DNA of 20,000 nucleotides from Seison nebaliae (Eukaryota): NCBI GenBank assembly GCA_023231475.1, contig JALJEE010001847.1, positions 46,037 to 66,036 of the forward strand, read 5' to 3'. Shown piece by piece: positions 14,601 to 20,000 of this stretch (position 1 is its first letter; each line of letters starts with the position of its first letter). The notes under the pieces were generated by a model. It saw only the letters and a program-made list of their open reading frames with translations, ran no database searches and was not told where the DNA came from. The position numbers and the translations under genes were made by a program.

Positions 14601-15888
14601 TTATCTAAATTTTCTATTTAATCGTCTTCTATTCAAGAAGTATTTTAATAGAAAAATTATATTAAGGATTAATAAGCATTTATAGATGAGGAATATCGTC
14701 TGTTCACATGGTAAGAGACAACGAGCTACACTGAAATCGGTGGAAGTGAGAGAAACCATAATGAAGGAAGGACACTCAATATTCCGCCAACTATACGACG
14801 CTGCAGTCCATTCGTCAATCTGTTTAAACTGTCGATGACAATAGTAATGCGTGTGTGCGGTGAATATGGCGTTCGGTCGGATCGTTTCTATAATCTGAGA
14901 AACATTTGGAAAATAATTTGAAATATTCTAATAAGATTCTTAACATAATCTGAAGCGTTTCTCGAGAGTACATCGAAATTTTCAGCCAAACCCGAATTCC
15001 TCCATCGACTTGGCATTTCATCTGGAAAATTCAAATTATCGTCACAATCTAATGCTTCCGATGTTCTGTAGAGTGGAAAGTGCTAAAAGAGAATAAGGAG
15101 GAGATAATTTCAAAGAATCTCCCAACGGAAAATAAAAAAGTTCGATTGAATTGTTTGTGAGACATGGAGCCGTACTCTTTCAAATAATTGGCAACCGATT
15201 TCAGTTCAATTTCCGCTTCTGCACATAAAGTGCACGAATCTCTTTTGAATGCCATACTGTTAAGAGTGACGATGAAGAATGGGACGGGTGCGTGAGATTG
15301 TGAAGATATTTCATAAATGTGAACAAAATGATCCGATGACTTTTGCCCTCCGTTATCGAACAAGTTCTCGAATCGACGGATCTTCTTCTGATTCATAGAA
15401 TCGTGAAATCCAACATCATGATTTCCAACCACCACAATATGGTTGTTTCCAGAATGTTTACGAATATACTGAATTTGTCGATCTTCATATTTTGAACGGA
15501 CATGATATTGAGATTGTAAATTAAATTTGGATTGAAACCGTTCGACGGTTTCTTTCCATTCGTTATCCGAACACCATTTTCCTTCATCCGTAATGTCTCC
15601 GTTAAAGATGGTGAGATGGGGATAGAAGATGGTATTAGACGCCGAATAAGCCATAGACATCTGATGTTCCCGTCTTAATCGATCGATCCAATGGCCGTGG
15701 ACAGATCCCAGAAAATGAGTGTCGGCGATCACGAAGAAATGAAACGGTCTTTCTCCATAAATCGGTGCAGTGATATGCGGCCATTGACATCGGAAGAGGA
15801 AGACGAAATAATAGATAAAGATCTCATTCCACAAAATCGTCACCACCACACTAGTGATGATAAGTTTCAACAAATAAATAAATCTCAT
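14601..15888 (-). CDS. MPPE1: Metallophosphoesterase 1 (PGAP5/Cdc1-like GPI-remodelling enzyme), 3 coding exons
   Basis: ATG at 15888, N-terminal TM followed by CQWP. Calcineurin-like motifs IADTHFLGSVHGHWIDRLRREHQM, GDITDEGKW, VVGNHDVGFH, HFPLYR, DVLSRNAS, AHTH, SYSWRN..PSF, RCLLP, then a C-terminal TM and basic tail. Introns 15126-15083 and 14944-14895; stop TAA 14603-14601. Confidence 0.93.
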
Positions 15889-15992
15889 TTCATTCTTCAA
15901 ATAAATTAAATGTTCTCCTGTTCTCCAATGGACATATATTTCTCACACTCTTCTTTTCGCTCATTTTTCACTATCCGAACCAAAGCCTTACC

Positions 15993-16010
15993 CAACAACA
16001 ACAACAACAA
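15993..16010. repeat. (CAA)6 microsatellite
   Basis: Read directly from the sequence, upstream of the MPPE1 CDS. Confidence 0.85.
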
Positions 16011-16270
16011 ATTAACACATTAATTTTTATTCAAATTCAAATAAACAATTTCTCTTATTCACTCACCAGAAACTTCTGCCAACCTCACGTTTTATTAGAA
16101 ATATTTCCTTCACAAAAGAAGATACTTCAAAAAGTTCATCAATTCGTGATAGACTTCACAAATCGACTGTTTTCTATATTCCCTATCAATCCAATTTTTC
16201 AAGGTACCTTTTTCAATTTTTTAATAACTTCATTGACTTAATGTTTCCTGTCCACTATATGTATTATCAT

Positions 16271-16296
16271 TCATTTCCATCTATAGATGGAAATGA
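16271..16296. repeat. Perfect 26-bp palindrome
   Basis: TCATTTCCATCTATAGATGGAAATGA equals its own reverse complement. Confidence 0.9.
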
Positions 16297-17347
16297 TATA
16301 CATCCTCATAAAAGGATATTTGGTGAGGAAATACTTTAAAATTCTTGATAATCTTGTTAATACAATTAACGTCATCGAATTCGAATGATGGTAGAAGGTA
16401 ATTAAAAAAGATCATTATCTCATTTCAAAATCGAACCATAATTATATATGGTTCGATAGATCATTCTTCTCTTTTCCATTATCTCCAAGAGGAAGGTAAG
16501 TCGTAGTGTTTGAGAAATTAATGGAAGAACAACAATTAAGATAAAACATAAATAAATCAGAAATGGAACAACTTCAATTTAGCTTCCAACTAAAAATTAA
16601 TTTAACAAATTTAACCTTTTCCAAACAATAGGTCCATATATAATATACATTGTATATGGTTAGTGATTATTTTACGTAATGATAGAAAGACGTTTTTTGA
16701 CGAATGAAAAGCTTCTTTTTAGTATGTAAAACTTTTGATCTTTATTAAGTTCCACTCTTATTAACGTTCAGCTTAAACTAGGCGACACTCTAACTTATAT
16801 AAGTTTTTTGTATTAAATATATCGATATCTTCATCTTATTATAAATAAATAGTCTTAAAATAAAAAATTCAAAAAATTGAAAATGTTTTCCAAAATATTA
16901 TAATTCGATATGAGAGGAATGTTTTTATCTCACATGAGTGAGAATATTTGAAAGAAAAGTAACAAAACACGTCCTTATCAGAAAAGGAGTATACAAATCT
17001 ATAACCTACATATATTTTATTATTTATAAATCAAATATCACAGTAGAAAAACGGTTAAGTGACAGTGAGTATATGAAAAAAATTTACAGTTTATCTTTTG
17101 TCAAGAGTTCGAATGGTGGATAAGAAATTGAAATTATGTGGGGAACAATTTGGAAAACGGAAATTTAGTTAGTTTGTAGAGAATCGGAAAGGCGAAATCT
17201 TTAACTTTTTTTTTCAAGAAAATTAAGCATTTGAAAATTTCGATTTTGTTTTCTTTTCCTTCTTCTTTCTTCTCCTTTAGTTTTCCTCGCTTAATACGTT
17301 AGTTGACTCTACTAAAAATCTAGGTGCCTTTGCTATTTTGTTACGTT

Positions 17348-18391
17348 ATGTCCAGGAGAGAAGTAGTTCAGTACTTGACGAACAATCGTTCAATGATAGA
17401 CCTGTTTAGAGGATTAGAGATTTTACGACGTTCTCTCAGAAGCAGTCATAAAGCCATTCAAGAATTGTCGGCCGATAACACCTTCGATCACGATACCATT
17501 GAGCGATTGTTGAAGATTAGCACGAAAATTTATAAATGTCGAACGAAATATGAAATATTTACCGACGCTATTCTTGAAATGAACGGTAATAGTAACATAG
17601 AGATAACGAGATGTATAACACATGATTTGAATAATATCAACTTGAATTTCACTCAAGATATGGATCAAATAAAAAAAGAGTTGTTATTCCGTTCGACCAA
17701 TTTCGAGAAATTGAATGTGAGCTATCCTCTCATTGAGTCAGGTACTGACGACAGGGCAAATCCATACACAGAATTCGATAAAGAATGTTCCGGTCATAAA
17801 CGTAACAAGAATGACATGGAAAAGAAGATGAATGAAATAAATAAGAATTTTGAGAAGATTGAAGATTTTGGGAAGATCGACAATTTTGCGCCAACTGAAA
17901 ATTTTGAGCAGAACGAAAATTTTGGGAAAAATAATATATTTATGAAGAATGAACAATATGACCAGAATGATTTTTTTCCACAAAATGAGGACTTTGCACA
18001 GAATGAAAATTTTGAGAAATATGAACATCTTAGAAATGATGAAAATTACGAGAAGAATGAACGTTTTGAGAAGATTGATAATTTTGATGGGAATGAACCA
18101 AATCCAGAGAAAAGTGAAATGGTTCCCAAATCCTCACCGTCTACGGATGAGGTTTATAAACGAACTGTCGATGAAATTGTGAAGAAGTTTCGTGAATCGT
18201 TCAGTTACGATTCGTATCTCTGTCCATCATTTGCAGAATATGCTGACCGTTTCCGAACCAATTCGTCGAAAGATGAAGATACGAAATCATTTTACAGGCA
18301 ACATGAGAAGATGAACGACGAGGAGAAGAAAGGACGTGAGGAATTTGGTAAAGAGGAAGCGGGACATCTCAATGTTTCTTTCGTTGATTGA
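17348..18391 (+). CDS. Hypothetical 347-aa protein, intronless CDS with a central hexapeptide-repeat region
   Basis: Open frame of more than 1 kb in AT-rich DNA. First ATG at 17348, TGA 18389-18391, AATAAA 18399-18404. A pyrimidine-rich acceptor ending at 17280 suggests a 5' UTR intron. No family recognised. Confidence 0.75.
   Translation: MSRREVVQYLTNNRSMIDLFRGLEILRRSLRSSHKAIQELSADNTFDHDTIERLLKISTKIYKCRTKYEIFTDAILEMNGNSNIEITRCITHDLNNINLNFTQDMDQIKKELLFRSTNFEKLNVSYPLIESGTDDRANPYTEFDKECSGHKRNKNDMEKKMNEINKNFEKIEDFGKIDNFAPTENFEQNENFGKNNIFMKNEQYDQNDFFPQNEDFAQNENFEKYEHLRNDENYEKNERFEKIDNFDGNEPNPEKSEMVPKSSPSTDEVYKRTVDEIVKKFRESFSYDSYLCPSFAEYADRFRTNSSKDEDTKSFYRQHEKMNDEEKKGREEFGKEEAGHLNVSFVD
17840..18091 (+). 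repeat. Coding 18-bp (6-aa) degenerate tandem repeat x14
   Basis: NKNFEK IEDFGK IDNFAP TENFEQ NENFGK NNIFMK NEQYDQ NDFFPQ NEDFAQ NENFEK YEHLRN DENYEK NERFEK IDNFDG. Confidence 0.85.
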
Positions 18392-18507
18392 ATGATGAAA
18401 TAAAAGATTTATTAGGAAAAATATTTTTGCGATTATAAAATTGTTGGTAAAAACTTTCCTAAAAGATTTTTTTTGAGAGATTTTTTATGAATTTTTCACA
18501 ATTTTCA

Positions 18508-18847
18508 CTATACTCTTGGGACGACGCATTGGGGATCGAGCATGGGACACGCCCGTTCACCAGTTTCCTTCTTCTCACAAAACTTCTCGTAGGTGGAGAA
18601 CGCCTTTTCGCGATTCTTCTCCAATTTCTTCTCCACTTCAGCCAATTCTTCCTGTGGCGTTTCGGTGAACCATCGTTTCTTTCGGAAGTTCAAGAAAACA
18701 TTAGCTTCATCTCCAGCTAAGTAGGGATAAGAAAACGAATGAATGCAATTGTTGAAGTAACTGTTAACCCATGAATCCATCAGCCGATTTAAGGAAGACG
18801 GTAGCTAGAGTTATTGTTATTAGGAAGGCAATAACAAAAAACTTCAT
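18508..18847 (-). CDS. Small secreted prepropeptide (95 aa) with Gla-protein-like propeptide and Glu-rich mature peptide, 2 exons
   Basis: Exon 1 18847-18769, 52-nt GTT..TAG intron 18768-18717, exon 2 18716-18508. Spliced product: MKFFVIAFLITITLATVFLKSADG (signal peptide) / FMAGDEANVFLNFRKKR (propeptide with furin-type site) / WFTETPQEELAEVEKKLEKNREKAFSTYEKFCEKKETGERACPMLDPQCVVPRV. Minus-strand AATAAA at 18413-18408. Confidence 0.85.
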
Positions 18848-19021
18848 TTTTCTAGAGAAATGAAAGTATTCGTCTTAAGTTTTAATAAATTCGTTTTCAT
18901 TTTCGCTTTATGATTATTGATATTGTAATGACGTCATAATCCTGTTCAATATTATTATTTTCAATTTTTCTGCTTTTTCCTCTAGACTCAACTAAATAAA
19001 GGTCATTTCTCTTTTTTTTTA

Positions 19022-19267
19022 CCGTGGACGAATTGTCCCTTTTTATGACGAATTATGTTTCTTCAACTTTTCTCAATTTATATTTTCATATCACCAATTT
19101 TAATAAATCGATTAATAATATTTCTTGCAACATCAATTGTTTAAATAAAAGATAAATAACATTAATTAGAAATTTGGAGAACAAGAAATAAAATACATTG
19201 TTTATTTATTTCAAATTCCCATCGGGATAAAGAAGAAAAATTACAAAAAAAATTTTGTCGTCCACAG
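19022..19267. mobile_element. Possible short MITE with 10-bp TIRs and TA flanks
   Basis: TA|CCGTGGACGA (19022-19031) ... TCGTCCACAG|TA (19258-19267): 9/10 inverted match around an AT-rich interior. Confidence 0.3.
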
Positions 19268-19350
19268 TATCGATTAGATGCCTTAATTGATCGAGGGAGT
19301 CGCGGTCGATTGAAGAAGTGGATGACGAATCGTTGGAAGATGAACTGTGT

Positions 19351-19466
19351 TTCAGTTACGATTCGTATCTCTGCCCATCATTTGCAGAATATGCTGACCG
19401 TTTCCGTACCAATTCGTCGAACGATGAAGACACGAAATCATTTTACAGGCAACATGAGAAGATGAA
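19351..19466 (+). repeat. 116-bp direct duplicate of 18200-18315 (3' part of the orphan ORF); paralogous exon or gene fragment
   Basis: Ungapped alignment with 112/116 identities. The frame is open from 19291 to TAA at 19480-19482, with no in-frame ATG upstream of the copy. Confidence 0.9.
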
Positions 19467-20000
19467 GAAGTTTCAACGATAAGGAGAAAGAAAATTAAAA
19501 AAGACGATGAACTGTTTCAAATCACTGACAATGACTGTGAGAGAAATATTACTCAACATAATAGCATTAATGGTTGTGAATAATGTAATGTCTCACATTA
19601 ATACAAATATGTATTAATATGTTCCAATATATTTTTTTTTTTAAATTTTAATCGTTCTGTTATATGTTCGATCAAGACAGTTTAATGATTTCTGAGTGGA
19701 AGATGGTGATACGACCAGACCATAGAAATCGCAACAGTAAGTTACAAATAGACGGAGTTTCATCGTAATTGGGAAGAATTTGCAGCGATGGAAAAAGGAA
19801 TAAAACATTTGTAAGAGGTCTAAACATAGTCATGGCTATGCCAACAGAAACGGACAAGTTGCCTGGAAGAAACAATTAACGAGAAGCAATTAAGTCGTCG
19901 TTCGCCGAAACATTTAAAAGATATGCTGACCTTTGATCAAACATTCCTTGCTCATTTACTGAAAACCGTTCTGCATTAACGTTTTATTATTTACGATTGT

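Noticed and set aside
9761..15888. Functional histidine/zinc/metal gene cluster (UROC1, ZIP, MPPE1)
   Set aside because: No shared pathway beyond a loose metal theme; adjacency is expected in a compact genome and no conserved synteny can be shown from this window.
17423..18720. Antisense and alternate-frame ORFs over the orphan and peptide genes (likewise over UROC1, ZIP and MPPE1)
   Set aside because: Shadow ORFs produced by codon bias and repeats of the real genes.
19672..20000. Coding-like composition near the right end
   Set aside because: Frames are interrupted every 20-35 codons with no identifiable homology; possibly a decayed fragment but unsupported.

Overview
AT-rich, gene-dense eukaryotic (metazoan-like) DNA read in the standard genetic code, with very short introns (39-55 nt). 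Four conserved multi-exon genes can be spliced by hand into intact ORFs: CFAP100/CCDC37 (+, 7405-9428), urocanate hydratase UROC1 (+, 9761-12516), a LIV-1-type ZIP/SLC39 metal transporter (+, 12908-14343) and metallophosphoesterase MPPE1/PGAP5 (-, 14601-15888). Downstream are an intronless orphan ORF with 14 hexapeptide repeats (+, 17348-18391), a two-exon secreted prepropeptide (-, 18508-18847) and a 116-bp partial duplicate of the orphan's 3' end. The prepropeptide has a gamma-carboxylase-type propeptide, an RKKR cleavage site and a Glu-rich mature part. The first 7.3 kb has no recognisable conserved gene but holds a two-armed inverted array of helically phased ~17-bp repeats (3281-3845). 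Most notable: (1) a candidate invertebrate vitamin K-dependent Gla-rich peptide; (2) 28 of 32 reconstructed introns start GTT with little consensus beyond +3; (3) the phased repeat array. Gene identities come from remembered family motifs, not from database searches.
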